From assembly GCA_031285625.1 (NCBI GenBank), contig JAITVV010000058.1, positions 1 to 58,709 on the forward strand: 58,709 bases of DNA. The letters run 5' to 3'. The translations under genes were made by a program, and so were the position numbers. Source of the stretch: Prevotella sp. (lineage in GTDB: Bacteria; Bacteroidota; Bacteroidia; Bacteroidales; Dysgonomonadaceae). Shown piece by piece: positions 40,486 to 50,479 of this stretch (its first letter is position 1; the number at the start of each line of letters is the position of its first letter). The notes below the pieces were generated by a model. It made no database searches. It was not told where the DNA came from and saw only the letters and a list, made by a program, of their open reading frames with translations.

Positions 40486-42486
40486 ATGAATAATTATGGA
40501 TTTGTGAGGGTGGCTGCCGCCTCACCTGCACTGAAGGTCGCAGATTGCGATTATAATACTACCGAAATAATAAAGATTATAAATAAAGCAGAGGATGATG
40601 GAATTTCAGCAATTGTATTTCCTGAACTATCTATAACTGCTTATACTTGCGGAGATCTATTTTTGCAGGATATTCTTTTGGAAGAGGCGCAAAAATCATT
40701 GAAGAAAATATGTGAAGCGACAAGAGGTTTGTCTGTAATTGTTATAGTCGGTCTCCCCGTAAGAGTATCAAGCCGACTTTATAATATGGCAGTAGTGCTA
40801 AGCAACGGAAATATTGAGGGAGCCGTTCCAAAAACCTTTTTGCCTAATTATAATGAGTTTTATGAAAAGCGCTGGTTCTCCTCCTCCGACGAATTAAAGG
40901 AAAAAACTATTCCGTTATGCAATAATAGCCGTGTACCTGTAGGTGTAAACCTTATCTTCAATACACGAAAATTCAATTTTTCGATTGATGTGTGTGAAGA
41001 TTTGTGGACTCCTATCCCTCCATCCAGTATTGCATGCCTGAATGGAGCTGAAATCATCTTTAATCTTTCAGCCAGTAACGAAACAACAGGGAAGCATATT
41101 TACAGAAAAACGCTGGTTAGCCAGCAATCTGCACGTTGTATTTCCGGATATGTATATGCTGCTGCCGCAGGTGGAGAGTCTACAACAGATATTATTTTCT
41201 CAGGGAGTAGCATGATTGCCGAAAATGGATCGATACTTGCAGAAGGAGAGCGTTTTTCGTTTGATAGTAAAGTAACCATTGCCGATATAGATGTAGAGCG
41301 TTTGAGGAATGACAGGATGAAAAATAAGTCATTCTCGCTGTCTGCCTATCCTACAATCAAGGATATTGAGTTTCAGCAAGTACCTGTTTATATTTATACT
41401 AATTCTTTAAAAAAATCATCTTCCGGAGTGTTTGGGAAGAAGAGTGGTAAGGAAGAGGAAGAAGAATTCATCCTAGACCGCTACGTCTCTCCCACTCCGT
41501 TTGTACCTGCCAATGATAATACATTGAATGACCGTTGTGGTGAAATATTCTCTATACAGGTAAGTGGCTTAGCCAAAAGAATGTTGCATACAAATATTCA
41601 AAAAGCCGTGATCGGTGTTTCAGGTGGATTGGATTCTACGCTGGCGCTGCTTGTATTGATAAAGACTTTCGATAAACTGAATCTACCACACGAAAATATT
41701 ATTGGTATTACAATGCCGGGATTCGGAACAACAGACCGGACATATACAAATGCCATAAAATTGATGGAATCATTGGGCGTGACAATAAAAGAAATATCTA
41801 TTAAGGATGCTGTTATTCAGCATTTCAAAGATATAGAACATGATGTGAATATACATGATGTAACCTATGAGAATTCGCAGGCCCGTGAACGTACCCAGAT
41901 ATTGATGGATTATGCTAATAAAGTAAACGGCCTTGTTATAGGTACAGGCGATCTGTCAGAATTGGCTCTGGGTTGGTGCACATACAATGGAGACCATATG
42001 TCGATGTATGCTGTAAATACAGGTGTGCCCAAAACACTGGTTCGTACACTCGTTAGCTGGATTGCCAATACGCATATGGATGATAATGCGAAAGCCGTTC
42101 TGATGGATGTTGTAGATACTCCTGTCAGTCCGGAGTTATTACCTGCCGATAAAGACGGAAAGATAGCCCAGAAAACAGAAGATGTGGTAGGTCCATATAT
42201 TTTACATGATTTCTTCCTGTATTATGTTTTACGTTTTGGTTTCTCCCCTGCTAAAATATATTTTCTAGCTAAACATGCCTTTAATGGAGAATATACGAAT
42301 GAAGAAATATTGAAATGGTTGAGAACTTTCATCTGGCGATTCTTCTCACAACAATTCAAACGTTCATGTCTGCCGGATGGCCCTAAGGTGGGTTCTGTAA
42401 ATTTATCCCCTCGTGGAGACTGGCGTATGCCAAGTGATGCTTCGGTGAGTTTATGGATAAAAGAGTTGAAAACATTAGAAGCTTAA
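40486..42486 (+). CDS. nadE: Glutamine-dependent NAD+ synthetase
   Basis: Nitrilase-fold FPEL, PKTFLPNYNEFYEKRWF, CEDLW; synthetase SGGLDST, ENSQARER, QQFKRSC. Confidence 0.97.
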   Translation: MNNYGFVRVAAASPALKVADCDYNTTEIIKIINKAEDDGISAIVFPELSITAYTCGDLFLQDILLEEAQKSLKKICEATRGLSVIVIVGLPVRVSSRLYNMAVVLSNGNIEGAVPKTFLPNYNEFYEKRWFSSSDELKEKTIPLCNNSRVPVGVNLIFNTRKFNFSIDVCEDLWTPIPPSSIACLNGAEIIFNLSASNETTGKHIYRKTLVSQQSARCISGYVYAAAAGGESTTDIIFSGSSMIAENGSILAEGERFSFDSKVTIADIDVERLRNDRMKNKSFSLSAYPTIKDIEFQQVPVYIYTNSLKKSSSGVFGKKSGKEEEEEFILDRYVSPTPFVPANDNTLNDRCGEIFSIQVSGLAKRMLHTNIQKAVIGVSGGLDSTLALLVLIKTFDKLNLPHENIIGITMPGFGTTDRTYTNAIKLMESLGVTIKEISIKDAVIQHFKDIEHDVNIHDVTYENSQARERTQILMDYANKVNGLVIGTGDLSELALGWCTYNGDHMSMYAVNTGVPKTLVRTLVSWIANTHMDDNAKAVLMDVVDTPVSPELLPADKDGKIAQKTEDVVGPYILHDFFLYYVLRFGFSPAKIYFLAKHAFNGEYTNEEILKWLRTFIWRFFSQQFKRSCLPDGPKVGSVNLSPRGDWRMPSDASVSLWIKELKTLEA

Positions 42487-42489
42487 TAT

Positions 42490-42514
42490 AAAGGGTGCTA
42501 AGAAGCACCCTTTT
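42490..42514. terminator. Bidirectional intrinsic terminator
   Basis: AAAGGGTGCT-AAGA-AGCACCCTTTT between convergent nadE and MFS genes. Confidence 0.8.
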
Positions 42515-43736
42515 CTTTTATACCTTTAGTCGTATATCCTAACCTTGTTATAGCCGGTACAAAAAATGCAATTAATCCTACTGCAAAAGTCGCAACCCCT
42601 GCAACTATAAAAGCATTTAATAAACCTATTCTCTCTGCAATAAAACCAGTAGCGAGCAGTCCCGGAATAGTAGGCATCAGGCTGATACTATCATAAATAG
42701 AAAATACCCTTCCCAAGGCAGCCGGATCTATTTTAGTTTGTAGTATTACAATAAATGAACTCCAGTAAATAGAACCGGAAACACCTCCGATTGTGGTCAA
42801 TATTACAAACATAATAAATGCGTTAGAAGATAATATGCCGGACAACCAGAATGTCAACCCCAGTATAATAGTCATTAGGTTAATAACTAATACTTTATTT
42901 ACTGTCTTCATAAATTTAATACTGACGATAGCTCCTCCTAACAACATACCGATACCCCATGCTACCTCAACGAGTCCCATATCAAAGGTCGTTCCGTTAA
43001 AGTGATTTAGTGTCATTAGAGGAAACAGTGCAGCTACAGGCACCATAAAGAATGTTACAACAATTACACATACCAGAAGGTAAGAAAGTCCTTTATCAAT
43101 AAATAGGTGTCTGATACCTTCTTTTATTTCAAGCCATACATTAGGTTTCTGACCTTCCTCTTTCTTCGGGTTAGGAATTGATACAAACAACAATGAAGTA
43201 CAAGCTATTGCAGCTCCTGCTACATCCATCAGCATTACATACGTCATGTCGAATAATGATATAAATACAGCACCTAAGGCGGGACCTGCAATATTACTTA
43301 CCGATTGTATGATCTGGTTTATTCCGGCTATGCGCATCAGTTCGCTTTCGGGTGCCAATAACGGGACGGACGCCTGCATGGCAGGAGTGTGAAAAGCAGT
43401 CCCTGCTGAGCGTAGAGCTAAAAGGGTATATATTTCCCATATTTCAATTCTGTCTAACCAGAATAAAATAGCCAAGCCCGCCGAACATAATGCGACGAAA
43501 CTATCAGCAAGGATCATTGTGCGCCGCCGGTCCCATCTGTCTACAAATACTCCGGTAAATAAACCTAATACAATAAAAGGCATGAGGGTAGCCAACATAG
43601 CTGTTGCCAGAACTTCTGCCGAACCGGTTTTCATACTAAGCCAGAATACTACGGCAAAACCGACAAGGGAACTGCTGAGCATTGAGAAAAACTGCCCAGA
43701 CCATATAATAGCGAATGTTCTTTTCCAATTAGTCAT
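42498..43736 (-). CDS. MFS efflux pump, Mef/DHA3-like (candidate macrolide efflux)
   Basis: NWKRTFAIIWSGQFFS, TGSAEVLA, GVFVDRWDRRRTMILAD, AFHTPAMQASVPLL, LGRVFS; start at MTNWK. Confidence 0.85.
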   Translation of the reverse strand: MTNWKRTFAIIWSGQFFSMLSSSLVGFAVVFWLSMKTGSAEVLATAMLATLMPFIVLGLFTGVFVDRWDRRRTMILADSFVALCSAGLAILFWLDRIEIWEIYTLLALRSAGTAFHTPAMQASVPLLAPESELMRIAGINQIIQSVSNIAGPALGAVFISLFDMTYVMLMDVAGAAIACTSLLFVSIPNPKKEEGQKPNVWLEIKEGIRHLFIDKGLSYLLVCVIVVTFFMVPVAALFPLMTLNHFNGTTFDMGLVEVAWGIGMLLGGAIVSIKFMKTVNKVLVINLMTIILGLTFWLSGILSSNAFIMFVILTTIGGVSGSIYWSSFIVILQTKIDPAALGRVFSIYDSISLMPTIPGLLATGFIAERIGLLNAFIVAGVATFAVGLIAFFVPAITRLGYTTKGIKEKGAS

Positions 43737-43876
43737 AATTATCTCTGCGAAGGGATAAATTAACAAATCAATAATGAATTAATGATTCGTGTTGATAAAA
43801 CAAATATGTATACAAATAGATTTACCTTAAATGGAATTTTAAGGATTTTAAGGGACTTTGATACTGGTGTCGCCCC

Positions 43877-43912
43877 TCAGTGAAACAGAATGGTATAGCT
43901 TCTAAATCTCAT
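43877..43912 (-). CDS. Putative leader peptide MRFRSYTILFH
   Basis: ATG 8 nt downstream of a TATCTTTG box (43921-43928), 11 codons plus TGA, then hairpins, 140 nt upstream of the MFS gene. Confidence 0.65.
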   Translation of the reverse strand: MRFRSYTILFH

Positions 43913-44010
43913 AGTGAGTGCAAAGATATTCAAATTAAAGGAAATATTGAGATTTAATGTTTGTTTTCTTTTTATATTAAGTATTTATTGGCACATTTTT
44001 ACTCCATTCT

Positions 44011-44090
44011 TGTCATCCTGAGGGACGAAGGATCTCTTCTCTTTTATCCTTGATAAATGAGGCGGGATGCTTCCTGTCGTCAGCATGACA
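44011..44090. repeat. REP-like palindromic element
   Basis: TGTCATCCTGAGGGACGAAGGATCTC...GGGATGCTTCCTGTCGTCAGCATGACA; arms pair with each other and each also forms a small hairpin. Confidence 0.75.
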
Positions 44091-44192
44091 AAAATGTGTC
44101 AACGAATAATTGTATAACTTATTTTCAATCTGTGCTTAATACACTAATATTAAGTCGTTATATTTATCTTATTAAAAGAGTTCTTTGAGAAT

Positions 44193-44316
44193 AAAAAGTA
44201 ACAAATAAAAAAAGGCTGAAAACTGTTACTTTTGTCACCTTTTCACGCAAACACGCTGTAAACAAATGATTTGCATTTTCATTATTTGTAACCTTTTATC
44301 AAGAGAGGTGATAGAA
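44193..44316 (+). repeat. Dispersed TGTYAC element, copy D (left and right arms)
   Basis: AAAAAGTAACA-20nt-TGTTACTTTTGTCACCTTTT (44193-44243) plus TTTGTAACCTTTTATCAAGAGAGGTGATAGAA (44285-44316). Confidence 0.85.
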
Positions 44317-44447
44317 CCCAGATATTATAGCAAATATCCAATTAATAATTAAAATATCTTATCCCTTTTCTTAGTTAACAAATAATAGGCTAAATTTGTT
44401 ATCTAAAATAGTTCTTCCATAAAGGGCTTTAAAATGAAATAATTACA

Positions 44448-45020
44448 ATGACAGACCAGATAAAAGAAATCGTTTATTCGAAAGATGTAATAGAATTTGT
44501 TACAGTAGCAGTGCAATACTGTGCCTACCTTGAAAACTTTGGAGAAACAGAAGAAACAGAGCTGACGGATAAGCTTACAAAGCTATTGCCATTGCTATAC
44601 TTAAAGGCATCACTGGTACCGGAAACAGATACAGTAAACGAAGATGATCCTGAGATAAGCGTGACAGAAGAAGACTATAATTATATAACTTCAAAGCTAT
44701 ATAATGTATATTTAAATAATGATACATACCTTGAGGTATTTCTTCAGGACATGAAATATAGTGAAACACCCATAGCTGCCAGTATAAGTGAAGATTTGGG
44801 AGATATTTATCAGGACTTGAAGAACTTTATAACTATATTTGAACGGGGTATGACAGAAAATATGAATGATGCATTGTATATATGCATGGAAAATTTTAAA
44901 ATGTACTGGGGGCAAAAGCTTGTAAATGTTCTACGGGCGTTGCACTCATTGAAATATGCGGTTGTAAGTGATGAATTTGAAGAAAATTCGGAGCTGGAAG
45001 ATTCAAATGAATTATGGTAA
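44448..45020 (+). CDS. DUF5063 family protein
   Basis: IEFVTVAVQYC, LPLLYLKA, ISEDLGDIYQDLK, WGQKL. Confidence 0.8.
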   Translation: MTDQIKEIVYSKDVIEFVTVAVQYCAYLENFGETEETELTDKLTKLLPLLYLKASLVPETDTVNEDDPEISVTEEDYNYITSKLYNVYLNNDTYLEVFLQDMKYSETPIAASISEDLGDIYQDLKNFITIFERGMTENMNDALYICMENFKMYWGQKLVNVLRALHSLKYAVVSDEFEENSELEDSNELW

Positions 45021-45613
45021 ATACTATAACAAAGGCAGAATTATCTACTTTTAAACAGGAAACTTTTCCGGGTAGGATAATTGTAATACAAGATGATGCT
45101 GAAGCTGAGAAAGCTTGTGCATATCTTAATAAGTTCGATGCTATTGGTTTTGATACTGAAACGCGTCCGGCTTTTCGCAAGGGTGTATCACATCAGATTG
45201 CACTGATGCAATTATCTACTGATGACACTTGTTTCCTATTCAGGCTAAACCTGATTGGGTTGCCCGATTGCCTTGCCAATATTCTAATCAATCCTGCTAT
45301 AAAAAAGATAGGACTTTCTCTCAAAGATGATTTTTCAGCTATACACAAACGGAAAGCCATTGTTCCCACTAATTTTGTTGAACTCCAGTCCTTTGTCAAA
45401 GATTACGGCATAGAAGATAATGGATTGCAACGGATATATGGCATACTTTTTGGAAAAAGAATATCGAAAGGACAACGCCTGTCAAATTGGGAGCTGGAGG
45501 TACTATCCGATGCACAGAAAATGTATGCGGCACTCGATGCATGGGCCTGTCTCAGAATATTTAACGAATTAAAAAACAAAGAGAAAGTAAAACAAGTTAT
45601 AAATGATAAGTAG
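45014..45613 (+). CDS. 3'-5' exonuclease (RNase D/WRN-like DEDDy)
   Basis: [19 protein letters not shown]. Confidence 0.9.
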   Translation: MVNTITKAELSTFKQETFPGRIIVIQDDAEAEKACAYLNKFDAIGFDTETRPAFRKGVSHQIALMQLSTDDTCFLFRLNLIGLPDCLANILINPAIKKIGLSLKDDFSAIHKRKAIVPTNFVELQSFVKDYGIEDNGLQRIYGILFGKRISKGQRLSNWELEVLSDAQKMYAALDAWACLRIFNELKNKEKVKQVINDK

Positions 45614-45660
45614 CTTTCAAAGCTTATAACTTATCACTCACAACTTATAACAGAAAAAAT

Positions 45661-46590
45661 ATGGCATTTATAGATTATTACAGCATATTGGGTGTATCTA
45701 AAACTGCCAGTGGCGATGATATTAAAAAGGCTTACCGAAAACTTGCCCGTAAATATCACCCTGACATTAACCCGAATGATGAAGCAGCAAAACAAAAGTT
45801 TCAGCAGATAAATGAAGCGAATGAAGTTTTGTCTGATCCTGAAAAGCGGAAAAAGTATGATGAGTATGGTGAAAACTGGAAACATGCTGAAGAATACGAA
45901 AAAGCGAAGCAACAACAATCTCAGAATGGAGGATTTGCCGACTTTTCCGGTTTTGGCGGCGGGTTTAGTGGAGGATCATACAGTTTTGACAGTGATGGTG
46001 AAGGAGGATTTTCTGACTTTTTCGAATCACTCTTTGGTGGAAGGAAGTCTTCTTCCGGTTCAGGCAGAGGAAGAACAAGTAGCTTCAGAGGGCAGGATTA
46101 TACCTCGGAGCTGCGCCTTAGTCTTCGCGATGCATACGAGACTCATAAACGTATGCTCACACTTGATGGTAAAAATCTGCGCATAACCATTCCGGCCGGA
46201 GTAGCCGATGGTCAGGTAATTAAGCTCGGAGGGCAAGGTGCACCAGGAAAAAACGGAGGTCCCAACGGAGACTTATATATTACTTTTGTGATCGAAACCG
46301 ATCCTAAATTTAAGAGGGTAGGCGATGATTTGTATACTACTGCTGATCTGAATTTGTATACTGCTGTACTTGGAGGAGAGGAGACCGTTGACACCTTTAC
46401 GGGAAAAGTAAAATTGAAGGTCGCTACCGGAACACAGAACGGAACAAAAGTAAGACTAAAAGGGAAAGGTTTCCCAGTCTATAAACAAGATGGTAAATTT
46501 GGAGACCTGATCATTACTTATGCAATAGAGATTCCAACAAAACTGACTGCTGAGCAGAAGGAATTGTTCGAAAAACTGGCGAAGTCTTAA
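45661..46590 (+). CDS. cbpA: Curved-DNA-binding J-domain co-chaperone
   Basis: J domain with HPD, G/F-rich region, no zinc finger, DnaJ C-domain; followed by cbpM. Confidence 0.9.
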   Translation: MAFIDYYSILGVSKTASGDDIKKAYRKLARKYHPDINPNDEAAKQKFQQINEANEVLSDPEKRKKYDEYGENWKHAEEYEKAKQQQSQNGGFADFSGFGGGFSGGSYSFDSDGEGGFSDFFESLFGGRKSSSGSGRGRTSSFRGQDYTSELRLSLRDAYETHKRMLTLDGKNLRITIPAGVADGQVIKLGGQGAPGKNGGPNGDLYITFVIETDPKFKRVGDDLYTTADLNLYTAVLGGEETVDTFTGKVKLKVATGTQNGTKVRLKGKGFPVYKQDGKFGDLIITYAIEIPTKLTAEQKELFEKLAKS

Positions 46591-46632
46591 TTGAGGTATA
46601 ATAAGCATTAATGTGACAATATTCTATTAGTT

Positions 46633-46920
46633 ATGAATTCAGAATTAATAATTATACGCGAATACTGTATTCAAAATCAGGTAGAACCGGATTTCATTAT
46701 ACAACTTGAAAATGAAGGCCTGATTCAGATAAGTATTATAGAGGAAGAGCGCTATATACATATATCCCAGTTGAAGCATTTGGATCAATATGTACGTTGG
46801 TACTATGATCTGTCTATTAATGTTGCAGGAATTGATGTTATCCAAAACTTGCTGGATAAAATAGATGATATGCAGGAAGAGATATTAAAATTGAAAGAAC
46901 AATTAAAATTGATGGAATAA
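46633..46920 (+). CDS. cbpM: Chaperone modulator CbpM
   Basis: MerR-like fold, DLSINVAGIDVIQNLL; downstream of cbpA. Confidence 0.88.
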   Translation: MNSELIIIREYCIQNQVEPDFIIQLENEGLIQISIIEEERYIHISQLKHLDQYVRWYYDLSINVAGIDVIQNLLDKIDDMQEEILKLKEQLKLME

Positions 46921-47801
46921 TGAAGAGACTTTATCTTTTTATTTGCATATTCTCTATCAGTGTTATGTCTTTTTCTCAGGTGGAGAGCCTGCGTGACAGT
47001 ATTTCTAAGATACTTAAGGGCAAAAATGCTACAGTTGGGGTTGCCCTTATTGTCGATGGTGAAGATATATTGAAGGTAAATAATGAATTTCATTATCCTA
47101 CACAGAGTGTATATAAATTTCATCTGGCATTGGCAGTTCTCGACTATCTGGATAAGAATAATCTCTCTTTAGATCATCAACTATATATAAAGAAGAGTGA
47201 ATTACTACCAAACACACATAGTCCTATGAGGGATGATTATCCTGATGGTAATATATCTCTGTCTGTTGCAGATATACTTAAGTACACCGTGTCAAAAAGC
47301 GATAATAATGGCTGCGATATTTTATTTCGTTTTGTAGGAGGGCCTGCTAAGGTAGATAAGTATATAAGGAGCCTGGGTATAACAGACTTTGCTATTGCAG
47401 CCACTGAAGAAGAAATGCATGGCCCCTGGGAAGTACAATATACTAACTGGTCTACACCATACACGGCTGCACTGGTTCTGGAGAAATTCAGAACGGGTAA
47501 TATATTACCTGATGTGTACCACGATTTTTTGTGGAAAGTAATAGTTGAAACCACTACCGGAACAAATAAGATAAAAGCGCTTTTGCCTGATGATATACTT
47601 GTAGCCCACAAGACTGGTAGTTCATTCAGAAATGCTGCAGGCTTGAACGCTGCCGAGAATGACATTGCTATTATTCAATTACCAGATGGCAGATACTACT
47701 CCCTGGTTGTATTTGTTGCAGACTCGATGGAAAGCTCCGGTGATAACTGCAAGATTATAGCTGATATATCAAAAGCGGTGTACGATTATCTTACAAGATA
47801 A
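46920..47801 (+). CDS. Class A serine beta-lactamase (subclass A2-like)
   Basis: SVYK, SDN, EEEMH omega loop, NW, HKTG; signal peptide. Confidence 0.95.
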   Translation: MKRLYLFICIFSISVMSFSQVESLRDSISKILKGKNATVGVALIVDGEDILKVNNEFHYPTQSVYKFHLALAVLDYLDKNNLSLDHQLYIKKSELLPNTHSPMRDDYPDGNISLSVADILKYTVSKSDNNGCDILFRFVGGPAKVDKYIRSLGITDFAIAATEEEMHGPWEVQYTNWSTPYTAALVLEKFRTGNILPDVYHDFLWKVIVETTTGTNKIKALLPDDILVAHKTGSSFRNAAGLNAAENDIAIIQLPDGRYYSLVVFVADSMESSGDNCKIIADISKAVYDYLTR

Positions 47802-47815
47802 CAAACGGCTCTCCT

Positions 47816-47851
47816 TTCATCATAACTAAACCACCACTTGTCAAACAGATT
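47816..47851 (+). promoter_or_regulatory. Putative LytTR binding region, copy 1
   Basis: 31/36 identical to 50368-50403; imperfect direct repeat with 21-bp period. Confidence 0.7.
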
Positions 47852-47921
47852 TTGGAGAAATGTTAAAAGCTTTCATCTTTACATTTGTATTAGGTATTTA
47901 ACTATTAACTAACAATGAATT

Positions 47922-48521
47922 ATGAAAAAGATGCAAGTAGTTTGGCTATTAATCATGGCACTGTCTTTATTTGGTACAAGTCTTATGACTGCACAGATTT
48001 TACCTGTGAAATTTGGTATAAGAGGAGGGGTGAACTTATCTGATTATGGTGGAGATATGAAAGATGTAAAGTCTGCACTCAGATATCAGGTCGGGTTTAC
48101 TGCAGACCTTGGACTCACAGAAAATATTTACTTACAAACAGGACTTGATTTTTTAACGAAGGGTGGCAAATATAAGCCGGAAACAGGAAAGGAAGTGAAG
48201 TATAATCCTATCTATCTGCAGTTGCCGGTACATGTAGCCTACAAAATGAAGGTTGCCCCCGGCACCAAAGTTGTCGTAAATGCAGGACCTTATGCTGCTT
48301 ATGGACTAGGAGGCAAAGCTAAAGGAGAAGAGAAGGAAGACATATTTGGAAAAGATGGTTTTAAACGATTCGATTTTGGAGTGGGTGCCGGTCTGGGTGT
48401 CGAGTTTGGTATATTAGCCTTAAACGTAGGGTATGACTGGGGCTTAGCGAACATCAGTGAAATAAAAGATGTAAAAGTAAAAAATAAGAGTGCATATATT
48501 ACTCTGGGGCTTAAGTTTTAA
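47922..48521 (+). CDS. Small outer-membrane beta-barrel (porin family)
   Basis: Signal peptide, FGIRGGVNLS, YLQLPV, AGPYAAYGLGG, terminal LGLKF. Confidence 0.88.
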   Translation: MKKMQVVWLLIMALSLFGTSLMTAQILPVKFGIRGGVNLSDYGGDMKDVKSALRYQVGFTADLGLTENIYLQTGLDFLTKGGKYKPETGKEVKYNPIYLQLPVHVAYKMKVAPGTKVVVNAGPYAAYGLGGKAKGEEKEDIFGKDGFKRFDFGVGAGLGVEFGILALNVGYDWGLANISEIKDVKVKNKSAYITLGLKF

Positions 48522-48539
48522 TAAGGCTATAATCATTAT

Positions 48540-48570
48540 AAAGACCTGACAATGTTCGGGTCTTTTTATT
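48540..48570. terminator. Bidirectional intrinsic terminator
   Basis: AAAGACCTGA-CAATGT-TCGGGTCTTTTT between convergent genes. Confidence 0.7.
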
Positions 48571-49300
48571 TACTTATAAGGTGTTTATATACAACTGCAT
48601 TTAATAATTCATCCTTTCGTTGTCTCGAAATCGGCAATTCTTTGTCTTTAATAAATATGCGTCCGCCATTGATCAGATTAATATGGTTAACGTTTACCAG
48701 AAAAGATTTATGTATCCTAAAGAATGATTCTTTAGGAAGTATATCTTCGAGTGAAACCATTGTTTGATGAATCGTTAATACTTTGTCTTTAAAGTGTAGT
48801 TTAAGGTAGTTCTGCATACTTTCTACATATAAGATATCTGTACATATGATTTTAACGAAGGAATCACCCTGTCTTACATACATACCTGTGTTTAGATCTT
48901 CATTATTATTCCGTAGATTAAATTGCTCCCGCGCTTTTAATGCAGCTTGAAAAAAACGTTGGAATGTGATAGGCTTTAATAGATAATCAACCACTTGCAG
49001 CCTGAAAGCTTCTAAAGCATATTCCGAATATGCTGTAGTCAGGACTGTGAGAGGTTTATTCTTCATTGACTCCAGAAATTCCAAACCAGTAAGGTGAGGC
49101 ATCTGTATATCCAGAAATATCAGGTCTATAGCATTACGCTTTAAGAAATCAGCTGCCTCTATAGCTGAGGAGCATTCTCCTGCTACTTCCAGAAAGTCAA
49201 GCTTATGGATATGATCGATGATTCCCTCACGAGCAATAGGCTCATCATCAACTACTAAACACTTCATAGGATGGGTAGATTTAGATATTTGTTCAGCCAT
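48566..49300 (-). CDS. LytTR family response regulator
   Basis: VDDEP, FLDIQMP, TTAY, DYLLKP, FFRIHKSFLVN, LPISR. Confidence 0.95.
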   Translation of the reverse strand: MAEQISKSTHPMKCLVVDDEPIAREGIIDHIHKLDFLEVAGECSSAIEAADFLKRNAIDLIFLDIQMPHLTGLEFLESMKNKPLTVLTTAYSEYALEAFRLQVVDYLLKPITFQRFFQAALKAREQFNLRNNNEDLNTGMYVRQGDSFVKIICTDILYVESMQNYLKLHFKDKVLTIHQTMVSLEDILPKESFFRIHKSFLVNVNHINLINGGRIFIKDKELPISRQRKDELLNAVVYKHLISK

Positions 49301-49305
49301 ATTTC

Positions 49306-50328
49306 TTATAACGTAATATTTAGCTGAATAATATAAATCTGTTCAGTTTCTTTTATTTGTAGCTTGTGTTTATTAGGGTAAAGTATTTTGAGGCGTTCTT
49401 TTGCATTCTTCAGGCCTAGTCCCGAACTATCTTTCTTTTTTACCTGTTGTGTCGATTTTGAGTTTTCAACTTCCATGTATAGCGAATCCCCCTGCTGTTC
49501 GAATACAATATTTATATACCCTGTTTCTGATATAGAACGGGAAACATGTTTAAATGCATTTTCAATAAGGGTGAAAAGTATCAACGGCTGTATTTCCTTT
49601 TCGCTATTTTCTATACTCCATTTACAATCAATATTCAGCTCTTTTCCCCACCTCATTTTCTCGACGTCAATAACGTCTTTCAGAAATTGGATTTCTTCAC
49701 CTAGTGTAGAAAATTCTCTTTTCCCATTATATAACTGATAACGGAGAATCTCAGAATATTTGACCAATAAGTGAGATGATAATTCAACATCCTTTTGCAT
49801 TAAAATATAGATGTGATTTAACACATTAAACATGAAGTGCGGGTTTATTTGGTTTTGAAGAATCTGTAATTGTGTCTTTAAATGTTCTTCCTGTAATTTC
49901 GAATGTTCAAAATAAAATCTTATTCCACAAAATCCAAGATTGATAACAACAATAGCAGGCAGAGTCAACATATACTCTACTATGAGAGGATATCTTGTAC
50001 GCATCAATTCAGTTGTTTCAAAAACTTTAATTTCCTCCAACTTTTCGAATGTAGTAAAAGTGATCAGGTGTATAACTCCGGTTAATAATGTAATTATTAT
50101 GAACTGGATTATAAAACGATTCATATTTTTATTCCTAATGGCTTTTGGCAACAAATTGTTGCTTAGATAGAAAGTCAGCAGGGAAGTGGGTAGAAATACG
50201 CTAATTGAAAATAGTATAGCTTCTGGAAAAGAAACCTGAGTTATATACTGAAAAAGGAAGAGACATACCAGCATTATCCAAATCAGGAAAACGAAACCAT
50301 TATAACTTTTTATAAAGAAACCTTTCAT
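49306..50328 (-). CDS. LytS-type sensor histidine kinase
   Basis: Four TM segments; QINPHFMFNVLN, ILRYQL, LIENAFKH, GLGLKNAKERL. Confidence 0.95.
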   Translation of the reverse strand: MKGFFIKSYNGFVFLIWIMLVCLFLFQYITQVSFPEAILFSISVFLPTSLLTFYLSNNLLPKAIRNKNMNRFIIQFIIITLLTGVIHLITFTTFEKLEEIKVFETTELMRTRYPLIVEYMLTLPAIVVINLGFCGIRFYFEHSKLQEEHLKTQLQILQNQINPHFMFNVLNHIYILMQKDVELSSHLLVKYSEILRYQLYNGKREFSTLGEEIQFLKDVIDVEKMRWGKELNIDCKWSIENSEKEIQPLILFTLIENAFKHVSRSISETGYINIVFEQQGDSLYMEVENSKSTQQVKKKDSSGLGLKNAKERLKILYPNKHKLQIKETEQIYIIQLNITL

Positions 50329-50367
50329 ATTTCAAAATTAGCAATTAATACGATACTCTAATTGTCA

Positions 50368-50403
50368 TTCATCATAAGTAAACTACCGTTTGTCAAATAG
50401 ATT
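50368..50403 (+). promoter_or_regulatory. Putative LytTR binding region, copy 2
   Basis: TTCATCATAAGTAAACTACCGTTTGTCAAATAGATT, 31/36 identical to 47816-47851. Confidence 0.7.
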
Positions 50404-50479
50404 GCCAATAAAGAGTTTAAGACTATAATATTTGTAACGGAAAACCGTCTTAAGCATAAACTTAAATACTATTATAATT

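Noticed and set aside
45594-45648. Nested palindromes between the exonuclease gene and cbpA as an ncRNA
   Set aside because: AT-rich and short; most simply a weak terminator or chance symmetry.
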